From contig JBILBN010000002.1 in assembly GCA_044353665.1 (NCBI GenBank), positions 6,263 through 70,262 of the forward strand: DNA of 64,000 nt, read 5' to 3'. This document shows, piece by piece, positions 41,066 through 52,694 of the stretch. The notes beneath the pieces are model-generated. The model saw only the letters and a list, made by a program, of their open reading frames with translations, made no database searches and was not told the DNA's origin. Both the position numbers and the translations under genes were made by a program. This DNA comes from Chitinophagaceae bacterium (lineage in GTDB: Bacteria > Bacteroidota > Bacteroidia > Chitinophagales > Chitinophagaceae). Within the stretch, counting starts at the first letter, position 1; every line of letters starts with the position of its first letter.

Positions 41066-41644
41066 ATGGATAGTAATTACTTTGCGCATCCGTCTGCTAT
41101 AGTTGACGAAGGATGTAAAATTGAAAATGGAGTTAAAATATGGCATTTTAGTCATATTATGCCTAATTGCGTGATAGGTGAAAATTGCAATATTGGTCAA
41201 AATGTGGTTATATCTCCTGAAGTTGTATTAGGGAAAAATGTAAAAATTCAAAACAATGTTTCTATTTACACCGGAGTAACTTGTGGTGATGATGTATTTT
41301 TAGGTCCATCGTGTGTATTTACGAACGTAACAAACCCAAGAAGCGGCGTTAATAGAAGAGGTCAATATGACAAAACGCATGTTGGCAATGGAGCCTCAAT
41401 AGGAGCTAATGCAACTATTGTTTGTGGACATGATATTGGTAATTTTGCGTTTATTGGAGCAGGTGCAGTGGTTACAAAAAACGTACCCGATTATGCCTTA
41501 TTGGTGGGAAATCCTGCAAAACAAATTGGCTGGATGAGCGAATATGGTCATAAATTGTTGTTTAACAGCGATGGGATTGCCATTTGTGAAGAAAGCCAAC
41601 AAGAATATAAATTAGAAAATAATAAAGTGACAAGAATAAAGTAA
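41066..41644 (+). CDS. Left-handed beta-helix N-acetyltransferase (WbpD/WlbB-like)
   Basis: 192 aa. Hexapeptide repeats throughout. Contains ...FTNVTNPRS...GANATIVCG...VGNPAKQIGWMS, resembling sugar 3-amino N-acetyltransferases. Confidence 0.8.
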   Translation: MDSNYFAHPSAIVDEGCKIENGVKIWHFSHIMPNCVIGENCNIGQNVVISPEVVLGKNVKIQNNVSIYTGVTCGDDVFLGPSCVFTNVTNPRSGVNRRGQYDKTHVGNGASIGANATIVCGHDIGNFAFIGAGAVVTKNVPDYALLVGNPAKQIGWMSEYGHKLLFNSDGIAICEESQQEYKLENNKVTRIK

Positions 41645-41650
41645 TATTTT

Positions 41651-42661
41651 ATGGGGAAGATAAAATTTGCCGTTATAGGCTGTGGACATATTGGAAAAAG
41701 ACATGCTGAAATGATTTCTAGAAATGAGGAATCAGAATTAGTTGCTTTAGTAGATGTGAAAGAAAAAAGTAAATTAGGAATTGAAGCATTTAACGTTCCA
41801 TTTTTTAACTCCATTGAAGAATTATTAGCGTCCGAAATTGCGGAAACAATTGATGTAATCAATATTGCTTCTCCAAATGGATTTCATGCAGAACATTCAT
41901 TATTAGCCTTAGAAGCTAAAAAGCATATTGTGGTTGAAAAACCAATGGCTTTAAATAAACAAGATGCCGAAAAAGTTATTTTTAAAGCTTTACATGTGCA
42001 TAAACAAGTGTTTGCAGTCATGCAAAACAGGTATAGCCCACCAAGTGTTTGGATTAAAGATATTATTGAAAGTGGCAAATTAGGTAAAATTTTCATGATG
42101 CAACTAAATTGCTATTGGAATAGAGACGATAGATATTATAAAGCCGATAGTTGGCATGGTAAAAAAGAATTAGATGGTGGCACTTTATTTACACAGTTTT
42201 CTCATTTTATCGATTTGATGTATTGGTTATTTGGTGATATTCAAAATGTAAATGCACGATTTGCAAATTTTAATCATAGTCAATTAACCGAATTTAAAGA
42301 AGATAGCGGTGTAATTAATTTTGAATTTGTGCATGGTGGTTTAGGTTGTTTAAACTTCTCAACTTCTATTTGGGATAAAAATTTAGAAAGCTCAATGACC
42401 ATTATTGGAGAACATGGCAGCGTAAAAATTGGTGGTCAGTATATGGATAAAGTAGAAGTTTGTCATATTAAAGACTATGAAATGCCTGAACTTGCAGCTA
42501 CAAATCCAGGTAACGATTATGGAGCCTACAAAGGCAGTGCTGCCAATCATCATTATATAATTGAAAACGTAGTGGATGTATTAAAAAACAGAGCAACAAT
42601 TACAACCAATGCGTTAGAAGGTTTGAAAGTCGTGGATATTATTGAAAGAATGTATAAATAA
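41651..42661 (+). CDS. Gfo/Idh/MocA-family sugar oxidoreductase (WbpB/WlbA-like)
   Basis: 336 aa. N-terminal Rossmann motif KFAVIGCGHIGKRH. Contains ...EKPMAL. Confidence 0.8.
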   Translation: MGKIKFAVIGCGHIGKRHAEMISRNEESELVALVDVKEKSKLGIEAFNVPFFNSIEELLASEIAETIDVINIASPNGFHAEHSLLALEAKKHIVVEKPMALNKQDAEKVIFKALHVHKQVFAVMQNRYSPPSVWIKDIIESGKLGKIFMMQLNCYWNRDDRYYKADSWHGKKELDGGTLFTQFSHFIDLMYWLFGDIQNVNARFANFNHSQLTEFKEDSGVINFEFVHGGLGCLNFSTSIWDKNLESSMTIIGEHGSVKIGGQYMDKVEVCHIKDYEMPELAATNPGNDYGAYKGSAANHHYIIENVVDVLKNRATITTNALEGLKVVDIIERMYK

Positions 42662-42668
42662 GAAAGAA

Positions 42669-43655
42669 ATGACAAATTATTTAGATAATATTAAGAATAA
42701 AAAAGTAATAGTAACAGGTGGGCTAGGATTTGTAGGACATAATTTAGTTAATACGTTACTTACAACATATAATTGTGAAGTAATAGTCATAGATAATTGT
42801 TTAAATAGCCACCCAAGTATACTAGGAGAAAATTTATCTAAAATAACTTTTATCAACACGGATGCTTTAAATATAGAAAATTACCAAGAAGATTTAGAAG
42901 AAGTAAATTATATTTTTCATTTAGCATGTGTTCAAATTGCAGCTTCTAGTAAAAATGCAGAATATGATTTACAAGTAAATGCTTTGAGTACTCTAAGAAT
43001 TCTCGAATATTTCAAAAACAATCCTTCCAAAAACCTTGAAAAGTTTATTTATACTTCTTCAGCGTCAATATATGGTAGCAGTACAAGTCTCCCTCTTAAT
43101 GAGTTAAGCTACCCAAAAGTATTAAGCAATTATGCTGCAACAAAACTATTGGGTGAAAATTTTACAATAATTTATGGACAAAATTATCATATTCCAGTTA
43201 CTTCAGTAAGATATTCTAATGTATACGGATATGGACAATCACCAAAAAATCCATATTGTGGAGTATTAGGTAAATTTATTGATTCAGCATTAAAAGGTAC
43301 AGACTTGCCTGTAATTGGAGATGGAGAACAAACTAGAGATTATACTTTTATTACAGATGCTGTACATGCAACAATTTTAGCGGCTGTTCATCCTATGGCA
43401 ACTAATGATGTATTTAATGTTGGAACAGGAGTTGAAATTTCAGTGAATAGATTAGCTGAAATAATACAAGAACTTGTGCCTGGTATTAATATAATAAGAC
43501 TTCCTGAAAGAGATATAGATAACATTAGAAGAAGAGTTGTTGATATTGAAAAAATACATCAAAAATTAAATTGGACGCCTCTTATTAGCATTAAAAATGG
43601 AATCGAAGAAACTATATATTGGTACAAATCCCATTTAATAAATAATAAAGATTAA
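42669..43655 (+). CDS. NAD-dependent sugar epimerase/dehydratase (SDR extended family)
   Basis: Contains VIVTGGLGFVGHNL...YTSSASIYG...YAATK. I chose the ATG at 42669, after the upstream stop, rather than the overlapping start at 42642. Confidence 0.85.
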   Translation: MTNYLDNIKNKKVIVTGGLGFVGHNLVNTLLTTYNCEVIVIDNCLNSHPSILGENLSKITFINTDALNIENYQEDLEEVNYIFHLACVQIAASSKNAEYDLQVNALSTLRILEYFKNNPSKNLEKFIYTSSASIYGSSTSLPLNELSYPKVLSNYAATKLLGENFTIIYGQNYHIPVTSVRYSNVYGYGQSPKNPYCGVLGKFIDSALKGTDLPVIGDGEQTRDYTFITDAVHATILAAVHPMATNDVFNVGTGVEISVNRLAEIIQELVPGINIIRLPERDIDNIRRRVVDIEKIHQKLNWTPLISIKNGIEETIYWYKSHLINNKD

Positions 43656-43659
43656 TTGA

Positions 43660-45216
43660 ATGGTATTCATAACAAGTATTTTTATTTTTTTATTCATATT
43701 ATTACTGTTTATTTTCTTTAAAAATAATAAATCTGTAGGCAGTGATCATTTTTTTCATTTTAAACTATCAAATGAAATAAGAGAAAATGAGGGGAAATTA
43801 ATTACCCATTTTAAACACCTTGTAATACCAACTCCTATTTATTATCCTCAGCTTTATCATAAATTACTATCCTTATTTAGCAAAAAATTTGTAACCGAAA
43901 AGGGACATCTTTTAAATTATTTTTTTAACTCTTTGTTGGTAATAGGTATTGCTTCAAGTATATTTTTATTTAAAAAAGAATTACATATAACTAATACCAA
44001 TATTTATAAAATATTGTTCATATTCGTTACAACTCCTTTTTTTTATGTGTTTTGGAATGCAAAAAATATGGGTTTAAGTGGAAGGTCGTTCGGTCTGTTT
44101 TTAGGGCAAATTTATTTATTATCGCTATTATACTTTATTCATACTAATAATTATTTCATAATAATATTACTTTCATTCATTTCATGTATCGCTTGGTTTG
44201 GCAGCAACTTTGCATTCCAAGCAATTTTATTCATTTCGATACTCTTTTCTTTTTTTTATCTCAATCAATCATTTTATATCTTATTGCCTGTAGTTATCGG
44301 TTTTGCAATTTGGTTTATATTAAATCCTAAAGTTGCTAAAATCTATTATTTGGAATTAATTAGGTTGAAAATTATGTTTTTTAATTATTTAATTTTTACC
44401 ATGAGTTTAAATAACAGACCAAGTATTTGGGGAGATTTTATTACAGGGTTTCATAAAAAGTATAAAACAGATTCTAAAAAAAATTTGTTAATTTATATAT
44501 ATACAAATTCAATTATTAGTGCCTTACTGGGTTATCCAATTGTTTTTATTTTAATTTATTATATAGCAATCAACGCTAATAATTTAGTTTCATTTCAGAA
44601 AATTTTAACCTCATTATTTCTTTCTGGCTTTTTAGTATTTATATTTACCACATTTAGAAAGACTCGTTTTTTAGGTGAACCAGAAAGATACCTTGAGTTT
44701 ATTTTACCAGCTTGTGTTCTTTTATCTTTAACGCTGAAAAATATTAATTTAAACATAATCATAGTAATAAACTTAATACTATTATTGTTAAATTATTTTA
44801 TTATTTTAAATAAAAAGGGAAACACTACAAATGATACAAAAAATAATATCAGTGCATTTATTAATAAAATTAATATAGAGCAGCAAAATCAAGAAATTAA
44901 AATTTTATCGAATAATGAAACCATCTCTAGATATCTTATGGAATATGATAATATTAAATTATTCTTTGCATATATTTCAAAACCAGAAACTTTAGGTGTT
45001 TCCTTCAATGATATTTATCAAAAATTTGGAGATGAGTATCAACCCAAAGCATTAAACAGTTTTTATAAATGTACAAATTTTGATTATCTGATTATTAATT
45101 CAAATAATTTGGATACTTATATTTCAGAATTAAAATGTTTTGGAGATATTGATTTTGAAAATTTAATAATAGTTGAAACATTTCCAAATATTGTTATTTA
45201 CAAAATAATTCATTAA
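43660..45216 (+). CDS. Polytopic membrane protein, candidate O-antigen/oligosaccharide polymerase (Wzy-like)
   Basis: 518 aa, very hydrophobic with many predicted TM segments. Located next to the flippase. No diagnostic motif, so the function is inferred from context only. Confidence 0.5.
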   Translation: MVFITSIFIFLFILLLFIFFKNNKSVGSDHFFHFKLSNEIRENEGKLITHFKHLVIPTPIYYPQLYHKLLSLFSKKFVTEKGHLLNYFFNSLLVIGIASSIFLFKKELHITNTNIYKILFIFVTTPFFYVFWNAKNMGLSGRSFGLFLGQIYLLSLLYFIHTNNYFIIILLSFISCIAWFGSNFAFQAILFISILFSFFYLNQSFYILLPVVIGFAIWFILNPKVAKIYYLELIRLKIMFFNYLIFTMSLNNRPSIWGDFITGFHKKYKTDSKKNLLIYIYTNSIISALLGYPIVFILIYYIAINANNLVSFQKILTSLFLSGFLVFIFTTFRKTRFLGEPERYLEFILPACVLLSLTLKNINLNIIIVINLILLLLNYFIILNKKGNTTNDTKNNISAFINKINIEQQNQEIKILSNNETISRYLMEYDNIKLFFAYISKPETLGVSFNDIYQKFGDEYQPKALNSFYKCTNFDYLIINSNNLDTYISELKCFGDIDFENLIIVETFPNIVIYKIIH

Positions 45217-45220
45217 TATT

Positions 45221-46672
45221 TTGAAAAACGCAATAAAATCTATAGCTGTATTTGGAATATCAAATTTACTTTCAAAAGTACTTTCTTCATTCTTAATTCC
45301 ATTATTAATTGCAAAATATATAAGTAAAGAAAGCTTTGCATCTACCGACATAATAATATCATTTTTTTCTTTAATTGCATTACTAACCTCCCTATCCTTG
45401 GAGAGTGCTTTGGCAAGATATTTTTACAACGAAATAAAAAACAGCAGCTTAATTTCTTCAATAATTTTTACGGTAGGTTCGCTTTCTTTATTATTTACAT
45501 TAATCTCTATTTTGTTTTCAAATTACATCTCAACATTCTTTTTTGGGAATGAGGAATATACTAAATTATGTATAATAGGTAGTTTGCTGATTTTCTTTTC
45601 TAATATAAGCACTATTACGAATATATACTTAAGATTCTCAGAAAAAATCAACCTATTTGCAATTATATCTTTATCTCAATTTATTATTATACTTTCCTAT
45701 TTATTTCTTTCATTTAAATTTAACACCCTATCTAGCGACACAATCATTATTGCCATTGTTTTGCAAAATTTAATTCCTGTATTAATAATAGTCCCTTTAT
45801 TTATTAATAAATTTGAATTTAAAATCTCTCTTCCAACATTAATTATTTCTTTAAAATATTCCTTACCCTTAGTGCCTATTACTATAATGGTATGGGTTAA
45901 TATTTACTTAAATCGTTTTTTACTACAACATTCCAAAGGATTACAATCACTATCAGATTATATGTTAGCTTTAAAGATAGCCAGTATTATTACACTAATT
46001 GAGTCTGTTTTTAATATGTTTTGGCAACCGTTTTTTTTAAAACGATTTTCTGAAAAAGAAAATTTCAAGAAGTTTGAGATAATATTCAATTTATTAATAT
46101 TGCTGTTCTTCATCCTATTTATTGTTTCTGTATTCATATACCCCCAACTAATTGATTTTTTTTATGATTCTAAATACTCTATTTCAAATCAATATTTTGG
46201 ATTATTGGCTTTAACATTTCTAATCAATATTTTCAATTCATTAATTGGAATTGGAATTAATGCAATGAATAAAACAGGTATTTCTTCATTAATTTTTATA
46301 ATAACATCTCTTTTAGGTATAATGATGAGTTATATTCTACTTTATTATTATAATACTATTGGTTTGGTAGTTAGTTCTCTAATATTGAGTATTTTAAACA
46401 TTTCACTTACTATTTTTTTTACACAAAAATTTATTAAAATTAATTATAACTATCGAAGCTTAGTAATAATCATTTTCTTTTCAATTATATTTTATGTTAT
46501 AAATTCTTTAACACAATTCAATCTGTTAATAAAATTCTTTTTTCTTGTTATATTCATTATATTAGTACTTTTTATAAACATTAAACATTTTACATCTAAT
46601 ACTTTTTTCATGACTCAATTTGAAAAATTTAAACTAAAATTATTTAATAATGGGACTAGGAATATTCAATAA
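45221..46672 (+). CDS. Oligosaccharide flippase (Wzx / polysaccharide biosynthesis protein family)
   Basis: 483 aa with a roughly 12-14 TM profile. TTG start. Sits in a polysaccharide locus. Confidence 0.75.
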   Translation: MKNAIKSIAVFGISNLLSKVLSSFLIPLLIAKYISKESFASTDIIISFFSLIALLTSLSLESALARYFYNEIKNSSLISSIIFTVGSLSLLFTLISILFSNYISTFFFGNEEYTKLCIIGSLLIFFSNISTITNIYLRFSEKINLFAIISLSQFIIILSYLFLSFKFNTLSSDTIIIAIVLQNLIPVLIIVPLFINKFEFKISLPTLIISLKYSLPLVPITIMVWVNIYLNRFLLQHSKGLQSLSDYMLALKIASIITLIESVFNMFWQPFFLKRFSEKENFKKFEIIFNLLILLFFILFIVSVFIYPQLIDFFYDSKYSISNQYFGLLALTFLINIFNSLIGIGINAMNKTGISSLIFIITSLLGIMMSYILLYYYNTIGLVVSSLILSILNISLTIFFTQKFIKINYNYRSLVIIIFFSIIFYVINSLTQFNLLIKFFFLVIFIILVLFINIKHFTSNTFFMTQFEKFKLKLFNNGTRNIQ

Positions 46673-47168
46673 CATATGCAAATTAATAAAAAAAGAATAT
46701 TTGGCACCAGTAGGAATTAATCAATTATTTCTTAATTTTTTATTTCAAAGAATTTTTAGGGTCAATTCAAATGTAAAAACTTCAGTTCATTTTACATCGA
46801 AAATCGATGGATATAAAAATATTAATACTTCAAATGATGTATTATTTAACTTTGCAGTGTCTGGTGGATGCTATTTTGATATTAGAGAAGGTACAATACT
46901 AGAGATTGGAGAAGGTACAATATGGGCTTGGAATTGCTGTATACAGACTTCGAATCATGGACTTTTAAATAGACAAGAATACAAATTATCATCAATAAAA
47001 ATAGGGAAAAATTGTTGGCTAGGAAACTCAGTTACTATTTTACCAGGAGTAGAATTAGGAGACAATGTTACCATTGGCGCCAATTCAGTCGTAACTAATA
47101 GCTTCCCTTCGAATGTTGTAATTGCAGGTTGCCCAGCAAAAATAATTAAAAATATTATAAATGATTAG
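46650..47168 (+). CDS. Hexapeptide-repeat O-acetyltransferase (LacA/WcaF-like)
   Basis: 172 aa. The C-terminal half reads [49 protein letters not shown]. Confidence 0.85.
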   Translation: MGLGIFNNICKLIKKEYLAPVGINQLFLNFLFQRIFRVNSNVKTSVHFTSKIDGYKNINTSNDVLFNFAVSGGCYFDIREGTILEIGEGTIWAWNCCIQTSNHGLLNRQEYKLSSIKIGKNCWLGNSVTILPGVELGDNVTIGANSVVTNSFPSNVVIAGCPAKIIKNIIND

Positions 47169-50100
47169 ATCTTTGAATTTTAAAAAAAAATATCTATTGA
47201 TATTTTTTTTATTTTTTGTTTATTTTAAATCTAAAGCTCAAACAAGCTACAATGATAGTATTGCATTATCATCTTATTTTAATACTAATTTATACTTTAA
47301 TGAAAATTTTCTAGGAAAAGTTTGGTATAATATCCCAAAAGTAGTTTCACCTACTGATTTAAATAATAAGTTGAATTATATTTTTAAATTCTCATCTCAA
47401 GAATATAAAAATAGTTATAAGAATATAAAAATTCATACCAAGTTTTTAGTACCAATCATAAATAATAGTTTTAATTCAATGTATGATACCAACTTCTATA
47501 GTCTTAAGAATTCTGATGCTATACAAGCTTTATCATATAGTTTAAATGGGAAAACAGACACTTCTAATTTCATTTTCACAAAATGTATTGATTCTCTGAA
47601 TTCTTGTAACAAAGTGGGCATCTTAATTATACCAGGCTCAGGCGCTAATCAATCCTATATAACAGCATGGGGCACTGGCTACAATACCTCTTTTTGCAAT
47701 GTTAATATTCATTTATCTAATTTAGGAGATTGTTATACGCTGACTAAAAACAATGAAGATTATAAAGCAATTTGTTTTAATCAAAAAAAAATAAATACAA
47801 TAAACTTAGAAAATATTTTAAATGGCGCAAATAGAAATAGTGGAATTAATTATGTTATACAAGCTATTAGTCTTGTAAAGTACTTAAAAATTAAATATAA
47901 AAAAGTAATAATATTAGGTTTGTCTGAAGGAGGATATGCTTCTTTATTAACTTCTTTGGAATCTGAACCAGATGGTTCTATTGTTTCAAGTGGCTACTCT
48001 ATCATGTATGATTATGACCCCTACTTCACTACAGAATTTAATAGGACATTTGGGTATACATATAACTCTACAAATAGAAATGAAATTAAAAATACTATTC
48101 ATTCAAAAAATACCAACTACTTATTTTCTTATGGAATAAATGAAGGCATTCAACATTTTAATACTGAAAACCTATATGACAGTACCGTTAATTTTTTAAA
48201 CTCTAATAAAGTTTCTAAATCAAAAAATTTTATTGGACATGCCTACCCTTATTGCAATACAATCGATTCTTTTTTCAATAAAATATTATCCAAACCTAAA
48301 CCATATATACGAAAAGAAAATTTATGTACTACTGATAGTCTTAAAATTAGAGTTACATTTTGTGGCATTCCTCCATTTAATTTTTCAATAATAAAAGACA
48401 ATTTATTAATTGGTAATTATACATCACTAATCGACACTTTTTACCTCACACTATTTAACGAAGGAAAATATGTAATAAAAGATTTAATTGATGCAACATA
48501 TAATATAGGATTTAATAGTGATACTATTGAATATACAAAGTCCCCCAATTGCAATTACTTTTTATCATCTCTATTTGATTGTGATAGCAACTTGAATACA
48601 CTTACATTCAATTTATTAGGGTCATCGCCATGGAACTTTAAATACAATTTCAACAATATCAATACAGATACTTTAGTAGCCGATTCTAATTTTAAATTAA
48701 AGGTACCAAATGGTATTTTTACCATAAATACTTTAAAAGATAGTAACAGTTGTTTTTCTTTAAATACCAATAATATAATTAATGTTATTAATAATCCAGT
48801 AGGTATCAATTTCTCTTCACCGCAATACATTTGTGATAGTAATAAAACCGCTATTCCCTTTTTACTTTCAGGGAAAGCACCATGGAAAATTATATACAAA
48901 AAAAACAGTATTGCTTATACAATTATAACTTCTTCCCCTAATTACACTGTATTTTTATCGAATGGCTCTTACTTATTTGAAAACATTTCAGACTCTAACA
49001 ATTGTACTAAAATAATTAATCAAATTTTCAATTTTAATTATCAACCACTTTCTTATTTAATCACAAATCCTATTTACAACTGCGACTCAAATAAAGCTAA
49101 AATAAATTTTACATTACAAGGCAATCCACCATTCACTGTTTATTACAGAAAAAATAATGCCTCACAATCCTTTTCAACTTCACAATTATCCGTAGATAAA
49201 TATTTTAATAACGGGTACTATATTTTTGATTCTATAAAAGATGCAACTTGTAGTAAAAATATTTCACCTGCCATTCAACATTATTTTTACTACAATCAAA
49301 TTAATTTTTTTGCCACAAGTCCTTTATACATTTGTGATTCTAACAAAGCAAAAATAAATTTTACATTACTAGGAAATCCACCATATACAATTTCTTATTC
49401 TCAAAACGGCGTTGCCAATCAATTTGTAACATCTCAAAATACAATTGACAAATATTACGCAAACGGCATTTACAATTTTTCAAAAATAACAGATGCTACT
49501 CAATGCAATCTTAATTTTAATGTGTTAAAAAACATTAATTACGATTTATTAGGATGCCAAATGAGTAATCCGATTTATAATTGTGACTCAAATAAATCTA
49601 AAATTCATTTTGAGTTTCAAGGCAGTTCACCATGGACTATTTATTACAAAAAAAATAATATACCATTCTCTCTAACTTCTATAAACTCATCAATGGATGC
49701 ATTTTTCAATAATGGAAACTATAGTTTTGATTCAGTTAAAGATGCAACTTGTTTGAAAATAATTTCGCCTAGTATTCAACATTCTTTTAATTATACCCCA
49801 ACGAACACAAGCATCTCTACTCCATTTTACAATTGCGATTCAAATAAAACGTATGTTCAATTTACTTGTCAAGGCAATTCACCTTATACGGTTTATTATA
49901 CTCAAAATGGATTCTTAAATCAATTTACTACTGGTAGTAGTTACACGAATAAAGTATTCAATAATGGCATATATTACTTTATTCAATCTGTAGATGGTTT
50001 AAATTGCAATGCGCCAATAAATCAAATTCAGACTATTAATTATCAACCAATTTCTTATTCGTTTACAAATCTTGGATACCATTGTGATTCAAACAAAACA

Positions 50101-52521
50101 AAATTAAATGTCACTTTATCAGGGAATTCACCTTGGACAATTTTTTATCGAAGAAACAATATTCCTCAATCTATTTCTACAAGTAATACCAACAATAATT
50201 TTTATTTCCTTAATGGAATTTACGAATTTGATTCTATTAAAGATGCAACATGTACAAAGCGAACTACATCTAGCATTTATTATAATTTTAATTACAGCCC
50301 TATCTCTGTAAGCGCACAAAATCCAATTTATAACTGCGATTCGAACAAGGCATTTGTTCAATTTAATATGACCGGAAATCCTCCTTACACATTAAATTAT
50401 ACGAAAGATGGAATAAATAATAACATGATAACCTCTTCAAATTATTTTAATCAATCCTTCCAAAATGGTTTTTACTATTTTATTAAAGTTACCGACAATA
50501 CCAATTGCCAAACACCAATAAACCAACTCAATCATATTCAATTCGACACCTTAAATTACAGTATAGATTCGCCTAAATTTATTTGCGATTCTGTAAAAAC
50601 AAAATTTCAATTTCATTTTCAAGGAAATGCTCCTTGGACTGTTTTTTATCGAAAAAATAATTTTCAAAATTCTTTTACAACAAATAATCCCGATTATTCT
50701 TTTTTGACCACAAACAGTACATTTAATTTTGATTCTTTAACAGATGCTACTTGTTCAAAAATAATGAATCCTACACTTGATTATATAATCAATAATTCCT
50801 TGTTGAATGTGATCATGGATACTCCAATGTATGACTGCTTTATAAACAAAGTAAAAGTTCATTTTCAATTTCAAGGTAATGCCCCATGGAAAATTCATTA
50901 CTTTAAAATAGGGGTACCTAATGTATATAATTCATTAACTACTTATGCTAATAATTACGACGCCTACTTCACAACAGGAAATTACATTATAGATAGCATA
51001 ACCGACAATTCTAATTGTACAAAAGTCTATAATACTTATGTTAACAATAATTACAGTCCAATTGGCTGTGTAAAAACAGCTACAATTTACAATTGTGACT
51101 CCAATAAAACTCAAATTAATTATCAATTATTAGGAGATGCGCCTTGGACGATTACTTATCTCAATATTGATTCAAACAGTATACATCAAAAATACACAAA
51201 CTCATCTAATTTCAACTTGTTTTTAAATAATGGAAATTATGTAATTCAATCACTAACTGATTATAAATGCACCAAATTAATCAATGACACACTGCATTTA
51301 AATGTTCCAAAATTAATTTCTACTATTTCTGCCGAAGCAGTTTCTTGTGATTCCAATAAAATGTATGTAATTATTAATGCAACCTCTGGAAACCCTCCAT
51401 TTTATTATAAATATTATAAAAACAATATCCTTCAAACTAAAACTTCGTATTTACCTACAGATACTTTTTATTTAGAGAACGGAGCTTATTTTTTTGAACG
51501 AATGACAGATTCAATTGGTTGCGAAATCATTTTCAATAAAAATGTGGTGGTTGAATACAATCCTTTCTATTTTAGTAACATCACCAATAAATACAATTGT
51601 GAAAAAGACAGCACATTAGTGAGCTTCAATATTGCTAATTACGATGATGTCTATTTGCAATACACCAAAAACAACAGCGCAATTTCTTCTTTAACCATTG
51701 ATTATAAAAAACAAGATTTTTATTTTTCAAACGGAAACTATCATTGGATAAATATTATGGATTCTATCGGTTGTATTAAATCAATTGATCAATATTTAGA
51801 AATAAATAATGAACCCATTAATATTATTAAAGATTCTCTAATTAAGGATTGTGAAAACAGAGAATATACCTATCAATTTTCGTTTGATGGAAAATCTCCA
51901 TGGAAAGTAAATTATAATAAAAATAATATTTTTCAAACTGAAATATTTTTTAATGAAAATAATAATTGGACGATTCCAGCTGGAAAATATTATTTTATAA
52001 ACGTGACCGACAGCAATTTGTGCTCTATGGATATTTTGCGACAAGATACCTTAATTCAATTCTTAAATCAAAACCCAATAATTGAATATACCAATAACAG
52101 CATAATCGCTACACAAATCCCGTATAATTATACTTGGTACAAAGACAATGTAATTATTCCAAATGAAAAAAGCAATGTCATTACCCCTTATGGCAATGGT
52201 ATTTATGCTGCTTCTACATTGGATAGTGCTGGATGTATTTACTACTCAAATAAAATCACCCTTAATTTCCCTGAAGACATTAACCTTTACCCAAATCCTT
52301 CGAGCGACAAAGTAAACATAACTGTCAATGCAAATTATGGTGATTATTGGGAATATTCGTTACATGATATGTTTGGCAATCAAATCGGACATGAACTAGT
52401 TTCATTTCCTTACAAAGAAATCAATATAGAACACTTAGCAAAAGGAGTATATCACTTTATCATTCAATTTTCTGATGGATTTGATGCTGATAAAAAAGTC
52501 ATCCGATTTATGAAAAACTAA
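47161..52521 (+). CDS. Giant secreted protein: N-terminal alpha/beta-hydrolase-like region, about 15 tandem two-cysteine modules, T9SS type A C-terminal sorting domain
   Basis: 1786 aa with a signal peptide. GLSEGG nucleophile-elbow-like motif. Repeated Y(N/I)CDSNK.K..F...G..P(W/Y/F)T..Y modules roughly every 82 aa. The C-terminus [16 protein letters not shown]...[10 protein letters not shown] is Por_Secre_tail-like. Confidence 0.85.
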   Translation: MIRSLNFKKKYLLIFFLFFVYFKSKAQTSYNDSIALSSYFNTNLYFNENFLGKVWYNIPKVVSPTDLNNKLNYIFKFSSQEYKNSYKNIKIHTKFLVPIINNSFNSMYDTNFYSLKNSDAIQALSYSLNGKTDTSNFIFTKCIDSLNSCNKVGILIIPGSGANQSYITAWGTGYNTSFCNVNIHLSNLGDCYTLTKNNEDYKAICFNQKKINTINLENILNGANRNSGINYVIQAISLVKYLKIKYKKVIILGLSEGGYASLLTSLESEPDGSIVSSGYSIMYDYDPYFTTEFNRTFGYTYNSTNRNEIKNTIHSKNTNYLFSYGINEGIQHFNTENLYDSTVNFLNSNKVSKSKNFIGHAYPYCNTIDSFFNKILSKPKPYIRKENLCTTDSLKIRVTFCGIPPFNFSIIKDNLLIGNYTSLIDTFYLTLFNEGKYVIKDLIDATYNIGFNSDTIEYTKSPNCNYFLSSLFDCDSNLNTLTFNLLGSSPWNFKYNFNNINTDTLVADSNFKLKVPNGIFTINTLKDSNSCFSLNTNNIINVINNPVGINFSSPQYICDSNKTAIPFLLSGKAPWKIIYKKNSIAYTIITSSPNYTVFLSNGSYLFENISDSNNCTKIINQIFNFNYQPLSYLITNPIYNCDSNKAKINFTLQGNPPFTVYYRKNNASQSFSTSQLSVDKYFNNGYYIFDSIKDATCSKNISPAIQHYFYYNQINFFATSPLYICDSNKAKINFTLLGNPPYTISYSQNGVANQFVTSQNTIDKYYANGIYNFSKITDATQCNLNFNVLKNINYDLLGCQMSNPIYNCDSNKSKIHFEFQGSSPWTIYYKKNNIPFSLTSINSSMDAFFNNGNYSFDSVKDATCLKIISPSIQHSFNYTPTNTSISTPFYNCDSNKTYVQFTCQGNSPYTVYYTQNGFLNQFTTGSSYTNKVFNNGIYYFIQSVDGLNCNAPINQIQTINYQPISYSFTNLGYHCDSNKTKLNVTLSGNSPWTIFYRRNNIPQSISTSNTNNNFYFLNGIYEFDSIKDATCTKRTTSSIYYNFNYSPISVSAQNPIYNCDSNKAFVQFNMTGNPPYTLNYTKDGINNNMITSSNYFNQSFQNGFYYFIKVTDNTNCQTPINQLNHIQFDTLNYSIDSPKFICDSVKTKFQFHFQGNAPWTVFYRKNNFQNSFTTNNPDYSFLTTNSTFNFDSLTDATCSKIMNPTLDYIINNSLLNVIMDTPMYDCFINKVKVHFQFQGNAPWKIHYFKIGVPNVYNSLTTYANNYDAYFTTGNYIIDSITDNSNCTKVYNTYVNNNYSPIGCVKTATIYNCDSNKTQINYQLLGDAPWTITYLNIDSNSIHQKYTNSSNFNLFLNNGNYVIQSLTDYKCTKLINDTLHLNVPKLISTISAEAVSCDSNKMYVIINATSGNPPFYYKYYKNNILQTKTSYLPTDTFYLENGAYFFERMTDSIGCEIIFNKNVVVEYNPFYFSNITNKYNCEKDSTLVSFNIANYDDVYLQYTKNNSAISSLTIDYKKQDFYFSNGNYHWINIMDSIGCIKSIDQYLEINNEPINIIKDSLIKDCENREYTYQFSFDGKSPWKVNYNKNNIFQTEIFFNENNNWTIPAGKYYFINVTDSNLCSMDILRQDTLIQFLNQNPIIEYTNNSIIATQIPYNYTWYKDNVIIPNEKSNVITPYGNGIYAASTLDSAGCIYYSNKITLNFPEDINLYPNPSSDKVNITVNANYGDYWEYSLHDMFGNQIGHELVSFPYKEINIEHLAKGVYHFIIQFSDGFDADKKVIRFMKN

Positions 52522-52682
52522 TTTTACGCCCTTATCAAAGGCTTTTGCTCTTTTTATGATCTAGGCTTACTACCCAAATTCCCAATATCTTATTGGTCAT
52601 GCGATCGCTTTGCTTTCTTTCTGAATATACATTTGATTGATAATTTGTCTCAATTAATGGTAGTAGATTTTATATTACACAC

Positions 52683-52690
52683 TATCTTTG
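52683..52690 (+). promoter_or_regulatory. Candidate -7 promoter box TATCTTTG immediately upstream of the E1 gene
   Basis: Exact TAnnTTTG match, with only 4 nt (CGCC) between the box and the ATG at 52695. Confidence 0.4.
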
Positions 52691-52694
52691 CGCC

